Shown in pieces: positions 36,401 through 45,119 of a stretch of 64,000 bases of DNA (within the stretch, counting starts at the first letter, position 1; each line of letters opens with the position of its first letter). A program made the translations under genes and the position numbers. Under the pieces are notes generated by a model that saw only the letters and a program-made list of their open reading frames with translations, did no database searches and was not told the origin of the DNA. Origin of the DNA: Eukaryota sp. TZLM1-RC (taxonomy: Eukaryota; Protista; Metamonada: BaSk clade); the NCBI GenBank assembly GCA_040285825.1, contig JAUPSS010000014.1:314337-378336 (forward strand), written 5' to 3'.

Positions 36401-38702
36401 AAGAAACTTGAATTAAAGTCAAATGATCATTTGTTAATGTCTCAATAGGAATAACACTTATACAATGACTAATTGCCACCTGAGTTCTGATGGGAAGGGA
36501 TTTTATTTGATTAACTAAATAACCAGTAATATTGGCCAAATAAGAAGAGTAATTAGAATGATCTGGCCAAGAAGGTTTGACTAAATTCAGATAATCACTA
36601 TTAATCGAGTGAACAAGGGGAGAATTAACACCCTTTTGACTCCATTCGACTGCCGAATTGACCTCAATCAAACTACGTATACAGTCAAAAACTATCCAAC
36701 AATCTGCGAAATTGATTGTGTTTTCCCCGATTTTAAACAATTTTGGTAACAAATCAATAGATACTATTGGTACAAAAATTGCATTATTTACAATTAAGGA
36801 CTGTAAAACATAAACCAATCTACAAAACAATTCAGAATTAAATACCTTTTTGGAATCAACAGCTCCCACAGAGTCCACGTCACCAACTGCCACGTCAGCA
36901 GTTGCCAGCTCAGTGGAAAGAGTTTCAACGGAAGCCAAGATATTATTGATTAATGATCTGAAAACAGAGAGGCAGGTTGAGCCAAAAGCAATCATCAATT
37001 CATCCCTTGGAAGATTTGCAAAAGTTATAGCACGTTCATATTCCGTAGATCTACATAATAAATTCCAAATTTTTAAATAATTAACCGTATACCCCTTAGA
37101 ATCACTTACCTGGATATCATCAACATTGGATTTAATAATAATTCTTGGTAATGAAGTTATTAAAATAGCTTCCAAACTTCTATTGAAAACTCTGTCCAAT
37201 AAACCAGCCTGATTCAAAGAAAAGAGTAAAGGTAAAAGACTTGAGGTTAGCTTAATTTGGCTCCTGTAGAAACAATGATTTAAAGTTGAAAAAACGAGAG
37301 AAATTGCAATAACAGAAGATTCAACTATTAGTTCGGAATCACATTCAAACAAAGAGGTCATTAATGCAAGACTTTTGGGGACTTGACAGACAGTGTTGAC
37401 GTCATCTGCGCTAACAATGGAATCTCCAGAAATAGTGGCTTCGAATTTACCCTTGAAATCATTAAAAAACGAAATATAATTAACAATTATTCCTTTCGAT
37501 TCAGCCTTTAATCTAACAAGAGGCGTGGACACGTGTCCAATCAAAACAAATAAAACAGAATACAATGATTTTAATAACTCCTTTCGATTCGTGTCAATAA
37601 AATCTACTATAAAGTCGAGTCTTTCGAGTTTTTGGTTGTCATTAACATCAGACACGACCAAATTTTGACAAGTGAGCTCTACTACTTTATCAAATGTTTC
37701 AAAAGCAGCTCCCCGTAATAGAGATTTTTTATCCATTTTAATTAGGGCAAACAAATCTTCAATTAACGAAAAGAAATTGAAAAATATTTTTCCTTGGAAA
37801 ACACTACTTCTAATTAACACTAGACTTGCCAACGGCACGGCCGTCTGAATTCTTTCAGATAAGGATTGTACAGTCTTCCTAATAATACCCCTACTGACAT
37901 CAAATGCTTCGTTAGCAAGACGAACTATCACGTCATCTTTATGACCTGTTTCTTCCAAAGTCTTGAAATCAGGGTCAAAAATGCTGAAAAAAGAGCTCAA
38001 CCCTAATAAACAACCTTCTAAAAGTACAGAACTTTCATCCTTCCCTGCTGACAACACACCATGATTGTAAATAGATTTAGCAAATTTCAAAGTAAATTGG
38101 TCCATATACTCTGGGAATAAAACAAACAATTTCCCCAACACTTTAAACACCTCTCCCCTTACACCACCAGATATCTTCATCGTAGACTGTCGGAGTAACT
38201 CCTTCACTATGGTTGACAGTGAAGGTGCTACGTCCATTAACTCGTCATTGGGAGAAATGCCTGCTTCTTGAAGTGAGAAAATAAGCTCATAGAGAGTGGA
38301 AAGAGCAGCTTGTTTGGTGGCAGAATGCTTCGACTGGAGAAAACTATTGAAGAGTGAGAATTTAAGTGAAGACAATTCAGAAGAGAGATTGTTTGAAAGA
38401 AAGAATGTTGAAAAATACTTTGAATTACTGGTGATTACCAAGGAAATGATGGACACAAGATCCTTGGAAGAGCGTTCATTACGTGTATCTAACACCAGTT
38501 GTGGCAGTGTTGTGTGATCAGTGCATTGAACGAAAAGGAGCTTGATGAGATTGTTTTTTAGTTCAGTGTTGGTTGATCTAGCAATGGAAGTTGATGTTTG
38601 GCTGAGGTCACGAATGAATTCAGTACCAAGCGAATCGATATTGGTTATGACATTAGTTATAGAAGTGAGAGCTGATTTAACATTATCCAGCAGAGAAGTC
38701 AT
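27486..38702 (-). CDS. PRKDC: DNA-dependent protein kinase catalytic subunit (PIKK), intronless
   Basis: ~3740 aa HEAT-rich protein; SIRKPCRL, KGGEDLRLDQ, GYILGLGDRH.GN, IDFG, PIPEVIPFRFT, FATC ..LIELACDENLIFRTFEGYGPYI; R.YR.GE..D motif typical of DNA-PKcs. First ATG at 38702. Confidence 0.92.
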   Translation of the reverse strand: MTSLLDNVKSALTSITNVITNIDSLGTEFIRDLSQTSTSIARSTNTELKNNLIKLLFVQCTDHTTLPQLVLDTRNERSSKDLVSIISLVITSNSKYFSTFFLSNNLSSELSSLKFSLFNSFLQSKHSATKQAALSTLYELIFSLQEAGISPNDELMDVAPSLSTIVKELLRQSTMKISGGVRGEVFKVLGKLFVLFPEYMDQFTLKFAKSIYNHGVLSAGKDESSVLLEGCLLGLSSFFSIFDPDFKTLEETGHKDDVIVRLANEAFDVSRGIIRKTVQSLSERIQTAVPLASLVLIRSSVFQGKIFFNFFSLIEDLFALIKMDKKSLLRGAAFETFDKVVELTCQNLVVSDVNDNQKLERLDFIVDFIDTNRKELLKSLYSVLFVLIGHVSTPLVRLKAESKGIIVNYISFFNDFKGKFEATISGDSIVSADDVNTVCQVPKSLALMTSLFECDSELIVESSVIAISLVFSTLNHCFYRSQIKLTSSLLPLLFSLNQAGLLDRVFNRSLEAILITSLPRIIIKSNVDDIQVSDSKGYTVNYLKIWNLLCRSTEYERAITFANLPRDELMIAFGSTCLSVFRSLINNILASVETLSTELATADVAVGDVDSVGAVDSKKVFNSELFCRLVYVLQSLIVNNAIFVPIVSIDLLPKLFKIGENTINFADCWIVFDCIRSLIEVNSAVEWSQKGVNSPLVHSINSDYLNLVKPSWPDHSNYSSYLANITGYLVNQIKSLPIRTQVAISHCISVIPIETLTNDHLTLIQVSLSFPVQYLTSIYYNLKLLYQVFLKFNPKVLSPIAFSLFSKAQRLLSQAVDKDLVFNFANVPIYGQYPLVRFDFPVTNTFNVQSLVANILVKLTRFFSIIEDKKSVIFEFPIQFSSTSGEVSIDFSPIVPHILRLADSKDKKTRISAFECLHSITVRLCSLIVNSFSPSSDHSDSLRFILPKILFLASSGDTVARQLFRDLAIQFGRLLIYIQINREYCKELPTFIEVVIEALSDQQNASLRNFAAAVLSAQLFYLVRQAKTENLDLVRLYDLFFTPLIGLSRDPDLKKRLGVIDLFLFNPGVSNVAFYRIFMSNSELSSKFSLTFFGSLLKMLHDDPDEHVQSLFDGIKVFLKITEKHCFELSESNSDRVDFDNLNAFCLRFLESISTSKFRYLKEVLRIMSVLLPLINRQGENFKGTVNIQAWFKNHSDIHNQLSLTAYKRLEIPEVVNNSFLETLLGKLYLARWLTSHDLVDNTSNSLFESAEPGINLIGLFNPMEQSESGVDIVKYVLTLIEILRFSHICQSKTFSSPLHNLVETIVSRLDHLGIPPFILDRYFERLSYTLGTFLSKYQFVNELQSAFSTLSQRVISKIGSDKSDEIVLSRLFALLIQLLTRDQTRDQMAYFDPSHLETLRVCCFSQILKIPENPNSKTELSSQMCIVYLLITPPDSVLKELKRVDTDNSPKALGSLVVDQFFNEFCVFLIEKSLNNPEIWELNPNLLVSVLAYLKRSHKYLMKFSSVSVRKLIEFCREYSQNIFHCSNDPLSLDLSCALLAFLEAFPHQIIDIDAEFLDLCLEISTSFMQKSRFSGRRTEKAVYSFQLICNFAKVKAISLPLVNTFASPLLESLPANPLTIQDSSSAVYIACLERFDYLIGILPNLIVVNENCLRESIDLLLSILGWYSFKENVSSDWNTRFKKLSESVMDKILEDESILISLFNSITTLFENSFIYRAKRIFFDTFVFPIFKSNLINTQILNDVAVKLIPVLIEIATSSDDVIISRALKDHNYAELCSFYSNKSISLNLISNFYHKLDKIFLKEELTTQLNNPNLGRELIQKFLPLRVTGNPPFLQDSSFDSNIANFIKDCLFSFRQAAFCSIVNIVVATAKLEKQEKLVDAYVLSPSAKHPIWSEFLLNSEDLPVFKVETTFETEGKRDTSTHDSLITESSLSLSSSQDHLFGTNVTPFSQPVSIVDNQFESEFELDFFNSITIMPCVLAALDWLPESFKDFAGPFKTILKLLGSQYSLLVRLFFLKVILNRQSLFVPFIEHYLESIIQVLIDETTMDDRILKSPGIHYFLRDSCLLLIDWANQESGKCIVDLGKNNPSLASSFIAILISRFVRENTHNYAVIKNNLEIIGKFLSFWAPLVDINFDSCIYLFNQGFKGVSDLSRVGRLTMKDRSKEVTLYVASNLVQLLFDSGYNHSLSQSKCSKWSNLFVFLAKSLGVPRVDVHSNSASAIGSVLVSSMGISDPEIDNLTSSVVNQARGVFVDQHYNMFLRIVFNIGKKDSNFLLKFEPQFIDLINLSTSGIDKHLLLESLLLLLSTVHFYRLEMLITAVIPQFNHLLTSSDTKCTVAALKLVLNLLEDARYTEDLISLVFQNFDNIMENANGDVHTEYSKVLSFIRHSESISQEFKDLAFNYIICFVPKLDDIELILPQLTFNLPGDLIYRFSNLLDSIHKTNVFHTSRSLVLPVFNSLLIDAIPVVRISNAIEGSYTSKKINLETASITGLTFFSQFFSTLTTEIGGTFDEYESLVSADNLPAVLQKFKILEKSQEDKPKAPRKRFTPGFDKSLLSRKVRTDSQGVLRKSYRTGEFVDLDLSTKDLVEPLLYLSFNDESLTQSLFRAFLCSILPFFMGNSSACILNILSLAHSVKDKSVLLPIFEILPLFANHFHHDLHQNLCSYYLDTFVSEALTFDLIQPLIRLLEALSLNESYPRYSAIYLSRLIPLYKELNLKMEAETAMLSLISLCQHDELKTGVNALVSELNFDFESAEDHYSTCINTLETLPVDDFATSFTLVFEEGLYRSLVMLGDWEGVLEIVEVDNVFRPPKNRFLTPSMINSAIFGSFSISDVDYNMIKRVNDVIDRDSQSFLDISESLINRKLPYWSIVSNIVCKDFSSTISSVIKLISQSVPSLEHCYAIEPVLRNVTSLGPLVDVLDYNQITSSDDVMTLLNSWLQERRDSDDISNVRDSLIRCLIVTHNPKFLTEFHVNDFCISILLKCLKFSSSFPGIRELVHDQLSNFMDQIPLLKDIFVMLTNRDQSKISTCQSLLQTDFSSVTDSTFLKSSFLNFDYIRLELTQTLSDSGSMSQSNQSLLIEELQNLRLSHLENDRLVNIHLKLALLFNQIGDYQKLVDTICRIAVKISPSDTQNFVKISAWFPLILDYMTSNTEIVELFISYLPSISHLYFRNFMHSIVAIFNSEQQNLSRLLLEKLVSTDKNFTIISLHPYKDELSMSLISDWIDDLFESKVSTFVTQFRFLILPELRFKDAASNSDLISVLMQDFQDERHKLRGYNSKFAKKNASSIKEFFKYPAKRKQIATEMTQTSEFRQFMNNSKRRLSDFSKILDDFNFSNISFDPNSSLSIVGISTNIQFLQSIRKPCRLSLIMSNGHSVQLIFKGGEDLRLDQHVQRFFTSCNLAFQSQSLERFKIVQYDVIPLTNYFSLITFIPDTEPLTSVVLNDNSALQGATRAKNHYKKAYSSPSRAMTREKVLELADETKNMVPKNLFRDLIEQNSGNSFEFLKQLTQFRSDVVSSAAVGYILGLGDRHLGNYLYQKSTGHLCLIDFGQSFDISMSVPIPEVIPFRFTQSFQNVFKPLDPIGYTKRGLSDALKALRSSLLLIMPLFESLKYSSLSDFKQQANTLINSYGCRLSESEIISSRIDFAIQKLLGKSPKILIKKAFDLFNPAKKLKMSEFGRLKGTATAINSIIVDWDDDDILDVSNQVDELIELACDENLIFRTFEGYGPYI

Positions 38703-38752
38703 GCAAAGTGGGAAATACCTATAAATACACAATCTAATTTCGTGTGGAATTA

Positions 38753-40582
38753 TTACAAAAACTGTCTACTGCACAGATACTGAGGCCTTCCATTACCACT
38801 CATTCTGGCTTCAGCATTTGCAAACATATTCAGACAAGCCAGCTTATTTCTATTGAAAAGCTTTGTTGAGCCTTTGTTACTGAGTTTGCAACTCTCACTT
38901 TTACAAGCTAATAAACCATGACATGTATTAACAGGAATCTTTTCTCTTCTATAGAATCTGGAATTTGTTACTCTCAAAAACGTAGCAACCTTTTCAAAAC
39001 GAACAGGACATTTTGCTGAAGTGAAAGCCTCATTAATCATCAACACTTCAAATCCATTTCTTTTCAGAAATTGAATCCATCCAATGCCTCGCGTAGGCAT
39101 ATGATGTTTTAAATTCTTGGAACCTTTTAAAGTGGAGTGTTTTTACGGAAAAATCCAAAAATGTTACAGATTCACTGTAGTAAAAAGGTCTTTTGCATTA
39201 CGTTTGAAACTTTGTTGGCTACAAAATTAAAGTAAATCACTTTTACCAGGGTCAATATGTACTTTGTGTTTTAATGACAGAAATTCAACATCCAAATCAT
39301 ACAAAGAATTCTCAGTGGTTGCAAATTTTGCACTATCAGGCTTGAAGGACACGCCAATACAATCCTCTCTTGCTGGCTCAATACAGGCTGCAAAATCATC
39401 AGTTTTAAAAGTGTTGTTTAATTTGTAGCCTTTTTTAATAAATGATCTATTCAATTCAAAAAAACCAAATTAAATTTTGTTCTCTGGACTCATATGTTGA
39501 ATGTCAGGTATTGGATTCCACTCTGAATTCTTTCCCTTGTCATTAATCTCATTATTTGTAAAAAAAAGAACGCAAAATACCCCATAGTCCAGCTTCAAAA
39601 ATCCAGTAGTTTCATGACGTATATTTGGAATAGCATTAAATGTTTTACCCTCAGCTTCTTCTATAAAAGTATTAATTTTGATAGCTGATTTGATAAAAGA
39701 TTGGGGATGCTTTTGCACAATGGAAAGTAATGATTTGACTTCAATAGCATGTTCCTCATTTTTTGAATTTTTTACCACAATAGATATAGGAATTACTGAA
39801 TTCCAATTATATGATTGACCAATTATATTGTATGTGTAAGTCTCGTAGAATTGAGTCCTCTTTAGAACCTCTGTTGTCAAGTCTGTTTGATACTGAAGAT
39901 GATTTTCATAAGTATATTAGAGGTGACGTCATATTACGTGGATTACCTGGAACCTTCATTTTATTGGATGTAATGTCTGCTGATCCTCTTAATGCCTCAA
40001 ATGAAAGGCTTGCTACTTCTGAAATTCATAATATTCTTTCAAATGCTGACAATTTCAAAATCAAAAAATACAATGAAGCTTTGCCCAAATTATCCGGTCA
40101 ACAGCATGCAAAATACAATTTGTATCCATTTGTATTTTCTCTATTTGGTTCACTTGCCCCAACGGCTATACGTTTTTTGGCTTATTTTTAAATGAGTGTA
40201 AAGAGAAGAACTAACAGAAATTTCAACAGATTGTTTTGGCAAGATGGAATTGTGTTTTCTATTTTTAAGGGGATGTTATAGATGGTTTCTGATGCTTTGC
40301 TTTCTCTTGGATCTCACTATGAGGAAGTTGCATCTAGTTTTTTTGTTTTGGAAGAGATGGATTATTTAGATGTTGATTTATAGGTTTTTAATGAATGTGA
40401 TAATTATAAACAACTGAATTCAACCAATTCTCATCTTTTAAAAAATTACAAATTTTGGAATAAGTAGTGTCTAAAATAACAGTTTTTGCTGATTGATTCA
40501 CACAATTTTCATTGTCTTCGTTCAAGATTTCATCATCAGAACGTTTAATGAAATTAAAAACTTGATCATCAGTAGTTGGCAA
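38753..40582 (-). mobile_element. Fanzor1 (TnpB-like) pseudogene, lineage A, interrupted by a CRE fragment
   Basis: N-terminal TVILDTTYSKIC..LNSVV (40388-40582), NNTFKTDD, RuvC-I HIDPGKSDLL, HHMPTRGIG..GFEVLMINEAFTSAKCP (RuvC-II), CHGLLAC..C, LFNRNKLACLN (RuvC-III, D>N), GRPQYLC. Confidence 0.85.
39811..40390 (+). mobile_element. CRE-like (family 2-related) RLE 3' fragment nested in Fanzor A
   Basis: DQLYCMCKS..EPLL..IRGDV..LLDV..KIKKY..LYPFVFSLFG; FWQ..IVFSIFKG. Confidence 0.85.
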
Positions 40583-40878
40583 ATTGTTACGATTACTGTG
40601 TTACTTAATTGTTACTTTGTTTGATTGAAACAGTAGAAATAATTTTAAACCAAGCACACTATCTTTTGAATGAGTAATTAATTGTATCTTGGAATCTACT
40701 TTCAAAACAATCAATTGGTAAAATGTTTTTAAATGTATCATGAAAATACCCTTTAGACTCATTTAACAGGAACCAACTAAGAGACTTCAAGGATTTACTT
40801 GACTTTGATGTAAATAAATTTTGTTTTGGGTGAATATTTTCTGAATCCAAAAATCCTGGAAAGAATTTCCATAAATTT

Positions 40879-41109
40879 CTAAACTGTTGCAACATCAGAT
40901 TTTATCATATTAAAACCCGTCAAAACATCAGGTTTGTGATCAGTTACAAATTGAACAAAAAATAATAACAATTCTTCTTCCATATCAAAAAAATTAATAA
41001 TTTTTACAATGATCGGGAAATTCCAACGTCCCTTCAGGTTTTCTTGCACTTGAAGCAATAAAACTTTTTTGCATATAAAATTCATCTTTCTAAAATAGCC
41101 CAAAGACAC
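40879..41109 (-). pseudogene. Family B DNA polymerase 3'-5' exonuclease fragment
   Basis: FDMEEELLLFFVQFVTDHKPDVLTGFNMIKSD resembles the ExoII motif E.ELL..F..F....PD..TGYN...FD. Confidence 0.6.
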
Positions 41110-41437
41110 CAGATATTATGAAAACTTTTTGGTTATTGACCCATTGAATTTGTTCTTCATTGCTCATTTTTTAGGTCTTCAGCCTCTTTTTTCCTCAGCA
41201 ATACCCTTTACTTTTACTATGGGCTTTTTATTATTATCTTTGTCTTTTTGTGTTTTTTTGTTATTCCCACGGGGTTCGGGTTTCTTCGGCTGCACCTCAA
41301 TTTTTGTGGTCTTTACATCAATTGGAGGTATAGCTGAGGTATTTAAAGTTACACCATCAATCCTATTTTACAGCAATAATTCCTCAGCTGACTGTGAAGC
41401 CCTTTGAGTCAGATACACAATCTAAATTATTTCTCAT

Positions 41438-41502
41438 TGTTGGCGCCCTAAGGCTTATATCATATGAATAGAAAATAAATCAAGCTTTCTTTAATCTCTT
41501 CA
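41438..41502 (+). mobile_element. Solo LTR (65 bp) related to the gypsy LTR at 1749
   Basis: TG...CA, perfect TSD TCAT on both sides. The empty site (ttctcattattt) is present in paralogs at ~4620 and ~17810. First 43 nt match the 1749 LTR with 2 mismatches. Confidence 0.9.
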
Positions 41503-41694
41503 TCATTATTTGATATAATTCAAAATACCACTAATTTGCTTCATCCAACTATCACATTCAACAGCGTCAACGTCTTGCATTAAAGGAACTCCACATACAA
41601 GTAATTTTAAACTGTTGGAGATTGACCATAATGTTGTGATATTCTCTTTTTGTGTTTACCCCAATTATCTACAGTTTATCCTTCTACCAGCAAC

Positions 41695-44211
41695 ATGTCT
41701 ACAGAAACGACTCTGTATGTTCATGACCTTCCTAAGTTTGTATCATTGCTGCAAGAGATGAGCGGTCCTGATAATCAGGTGAAAGACCCCTTACGATTTC
41801 TTCTGAAAGCACGACGTGCAGGATTTCCAGTGAACCAAGTAGAGGACGTATACCTCAATTCATTGGAACCACTGATTTTGATGCTCAACGTTGATTCAAG
41901 TCTACTATCATTACACAAAGCACCCACTGAACCTCCCCTGCATGTTTTCCACCTTGTACAAGAGAGTATAGAAGTAGACAGACCAGATCAAATAGCACGA
42001 AATCTGCAACAAGATCTTTTGGTACCTGACTATGTAGATATTGGACATTACCAGACGTTTATGAAACTCCTACCTCAGTATACATCTACTAATCTGCTTT
42101 TAAATTACCATTCCAATGTACTACCTCTTATCAACTCAACTGGTATGGGCAAGACCAGATTTATGATCGAAACATGTAGCAGGCTACAAAACGACACCAG
42201 ATACAAGTCATCATACTTTACTTTCCCAAGATACTCAAAAACTGGAGACATATTAGATACCTGGCCGCCTTCAGATCCTAGTGTAATTTCCTTTGTTCAA
42301 TCATTAGTTCCAGTGGCCTGTCAACAAGGGGAAAGAGGGGAACGAGTAAAAATGTTTGTATATGCTTGTCAGTGTATAATCATTGCTTCCTTCCTCGCTG
42401 AACAGCCAACTGATTGGAAAGGGGTGACGCAAAGATCTGAGTATGTTGAAGCCTTCCACAATGTTGTCGATCACGCAAAGGAACTTTTCAATGGCCATTT
42501 TCGGCAGAATGAGCCGATATCTGATATGACGGAGACTTTAGTGCAACTGCTTCAGCAGAACCACTCTCGTGAATTTGTATATGTCCTATTTGCTGATGAG
42601 GTCAGCAGTTTAATCGATTCAAGTGCGGTGTCCCTAATCAACAACTGTCTCAACACAGGAACAAACGGGATGGATAGTGAATGGAATCTATATCGCTGTT
42701 TGCGCCATGCTGCACGAAATCTATTTACACAACATTTTCAATTACTAGTTGTGGTTGCAGGAACACACACTTCTCTTCGTCATTTTTGCGATGATGCAGT
42801 GAAGGAAGGTGCTTATAGAACTCCCATGTTGAAACCTTACATGGTCAGTCATGTGCATCGCGGCACCACACTACCTCCACTTTCAACGGGAATGTTTCAG
42901 TTGTTTCCTCCCCAATCACAATCAGGGTATTTTGAAACGATGGTGTCTCCACTTTTGTCTCTCAGAAATGCCGTTAGTTGTAGACCTCTATGGTTAACAT
43001 ATGCTCTCAATTCAAGTTCACTCATGTCTTTTGCTTCTCAGGTAAATTTGAAGGTGAAAAATGCCTTCAATAGTACTGTCCTTCCAAAAGATGCTGCCAT
43101 TGTCCTCTCTCTTATTCTAGAGGGTGTTGCTATACATGAGTCACTACTCTCCCATTTTGTTCATTGTTCCTTTGCCGTTATCAAATTCTTTCCTTCCAAT
43201 TTTGGAAATAGAGTTTTCTCCTATCTTCTTCCCACTGTTGATCCTATTCTGTCCCATTTTGCATGGAATTATCTACATTTGAAAGCAAATGCCCCATGGC
43301 AGTCAACATTGATTGATATCATGAAAGAGCTTCTCACTACTCATGTTGCTCCTACAACCTTGGGAGTCCTTATCGAGCCTGTTTGTGTTGGTGTTCTCCT
43401 CTATTTGTTTCAATTCAGTCAATTCAATTTCAACTCGTTAATCCAAATACCTGCCAATTTTCAACTTTTCTCACACTTGTATCCGATTCCTCTACGTTTA
43501 TTCTTAGAGGAGAATTGTCATTGTTATCGATTACCTTCATCAGAAAATACTAGAAAACTGAATGCTGCTGGATATATAAGTATTTGTGAATCAATGTTGA
43601 CCACTGTTGACCTTCAAGAACCCCAAGACTTCTATTTTATGCTTCTGGGAGCCTTTATCCATCGAACAATAGTGGTTCTCCCGCCCGGAACAGCGGATAT
43701 TGATGCTATTGTCCCTGTTGTGTTTAAGCCCTCTGAATCCCACGATTTTCCAACAGTGGAGGAGATAGTGAAAGCCATAAGGAACAATTATGCGGCCGAT
43801 TATCTTGGAGTACTGCAGATACAAATCAAGACTGGAGAGATTAGACCAAGGAAAAACCTTGCAGAACATCTGAGAACACCAAGGTCAATCTACTACAATC
43901 CAGAAAAACCACATTTTTCAGCTTCACTCCTGCTCTCCATTCAGTCAACAGACTTTTCTACAGTTGAGTTTTCTCCCCGCCGTCCCCTAGAGGATGATTT
44001 CTTTTATGTTTTAAACAATGAAAAGTTCCAGGTGGTAGCTACCGCAGTGCAAGATTTCAAAGCTGGTATTGAACTAGCCCACTTGGGTTTTCAAACTGAT
44101 GATGATTACTCCATTGTGTGGACAAGGTCACAGAACCCTAATAGATTTCCACAAAGATCACAAAGTATGCTGTCATCATCGGAACCTCCAAAATCAATGC
44201 CAAGACTTTAG
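41695..44211 (+). CDS. Crinkler-like NTPase-REase, copy 3 (intact, inverted orientation)
   Basis: Near-identical to copy 1; ATG (MSTETT) at 41695. Confidence 0.75.
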   Translation: MSTETTLYVHDLPKFVSLLQEMSGPDNQVKDPLRFLLKARRAGFPVNQVEDVYLNSLEPLILMLNVDSSLLSLHKAPTEPPLHVFHLVQESIEVDRPDQIARNLQQDLLVPDYVDIGHYQTFMKLLPQYTSTNLLLNYHSNVLPLINSTGMGKTRFMIETCSRLQNDTRYKSSYFTFPRYSKTGDILDTWPPSDPSVISFVQSLVPVACQQGERGERVKMFVYACQCIIIASFLAEQPTDWKGVTQRSEYVEAFHNVVDHAKELFNGHFRQNEPISDMTETLVQLLQQNHSREFVYVLFADEVSSLIDSSAVSLINNCLNTGTNGMDSEWNLYRCLRHAARNLFTQHFQLLVVVAGTHTSLRHFCDDAVKEGAYRTPMLKPYMVSHVHRGTTLPPLSTGMFQLFPPQSQSGYFETMVSPLLSLRNAVSCRPLWLTYALNSSSLMSFASQVNLKVKNAFNSTVLPKDAAIVLSLILEGVAIHESLLSHFVHCSFAVIKFFPSNFGNRVFSYLLPTVDPILSHFAWNYLHLKANAPWQSTLIDIMKELLTTHVAPTTLGVLIEPVCVGVLLYLFQFSQFNFNSLIQIPANFQLFSHLYPIPLRLFLEENCHCYRLPSSENTRKLNAAGYISICESMLTTVDLQEPQDFYFMLLGAFIHRTIVVLPPGTADIDAIVPVVFKPSESHDFPTVEEIVKAIRNNYAADYLGVLQIQIKTGEIRPRKNLAEHLRTPRSIYYNPEKPHFSASLLLSIQSTDFSTVEFSPRRPLEDDFFYVLNNEKFQVVATAVQDFKAGIELAHLGFQTDDDYSIVWTRSQNPNRFPQRSQSMLSSSEPPKSMPRL

Positions 44212-44419
44212 TTTGGGTGTTTTTATAAATAAATACGATATTGATATTGTTTGGTTTACGGTATTCAACAAAGTTCTGATGGAAATCAAATTCTTTCTTG
44301 TCGCCATTCAACTCACTTTTGATTTTGGAAAATAAATCACATTTTAAGGGATTCATTCGGAGAATTGCTTGATGATTCAAGCAAAGTTTCAGCAAAAGTT
44401 TAGAATATCATATTTTTTA

Positions 44420-45110
44420 TAAGGTTTTATAGTAGTTTGGATAATGAGTTTGGCAGGTTCATAAACTAATTTTGTTGAACTGGTTTGTAACAAAAATGAA
44501 ATTTGGTCTGATTAGACTAATTACCCAATTTTTATAACAAGATAACTGTATTTGTTTATATTCATCACAACTCACCTTTTGTCATGTTCTAATTCTCCCC
44601 AATTGATATCTTCATGTTCTTCATTACATGTTGTTGTAGGAAAGAGTATTTTAAACATCGTTAGAAGTGCAAGAGTCGTGTATTAAAACGATCCTGCAGA
44701 AAAAATTCTTTTCATTGAATAATTGGTTCTGTTGATAGAGGTGATATTTGCTGCGATTGGATTGAAAACTCGGAGGTTGCTGCTGTTTTTTATCTCCTGT
44801 AATGCTGCAAAAGATACTGTGGTTTAAGATAGAAAACTCAACCCTGTAGAGCCTCTTGAATATAGAGTGAATGAAAAACAGAGAAAATATGGCAAATTTA
44901 TTGAAAAAGCTTATCCTGATAGAAATTGACATTTGGTTTTTAATGCTCTTCTATTTAGTATAACAGGGAGGCTATTAGTAGAAACAGAAGCTCTTTTTGA
45001 ATGATTTTCAAAAATAGGTTCAAGAAACAACAGTGAAGAGAACTGTTGTCTTCTTGTGACGATCACCAATTCAATTTGCCATAATTAAAGTATTCTTCAT
45101 GCTCTGAAAA
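44420..45110 (+). mobile_element. Decayed CRE-like (family 1) remnant
   Basis: ggttctgttgatagaggtgatatttgctgcgattgg matches 11988-12025; continues to caatttgccataattaa. Confidence 0.75.
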
Positions 45111-45119
45111 GTTATTTTG

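Noticed and set aside
30220-38724. Small plus-strand ORFs within DNA-PKcs (and similar antisense ORFs over other long genes)
   Set aside because: Antisense shadows with no motifs.
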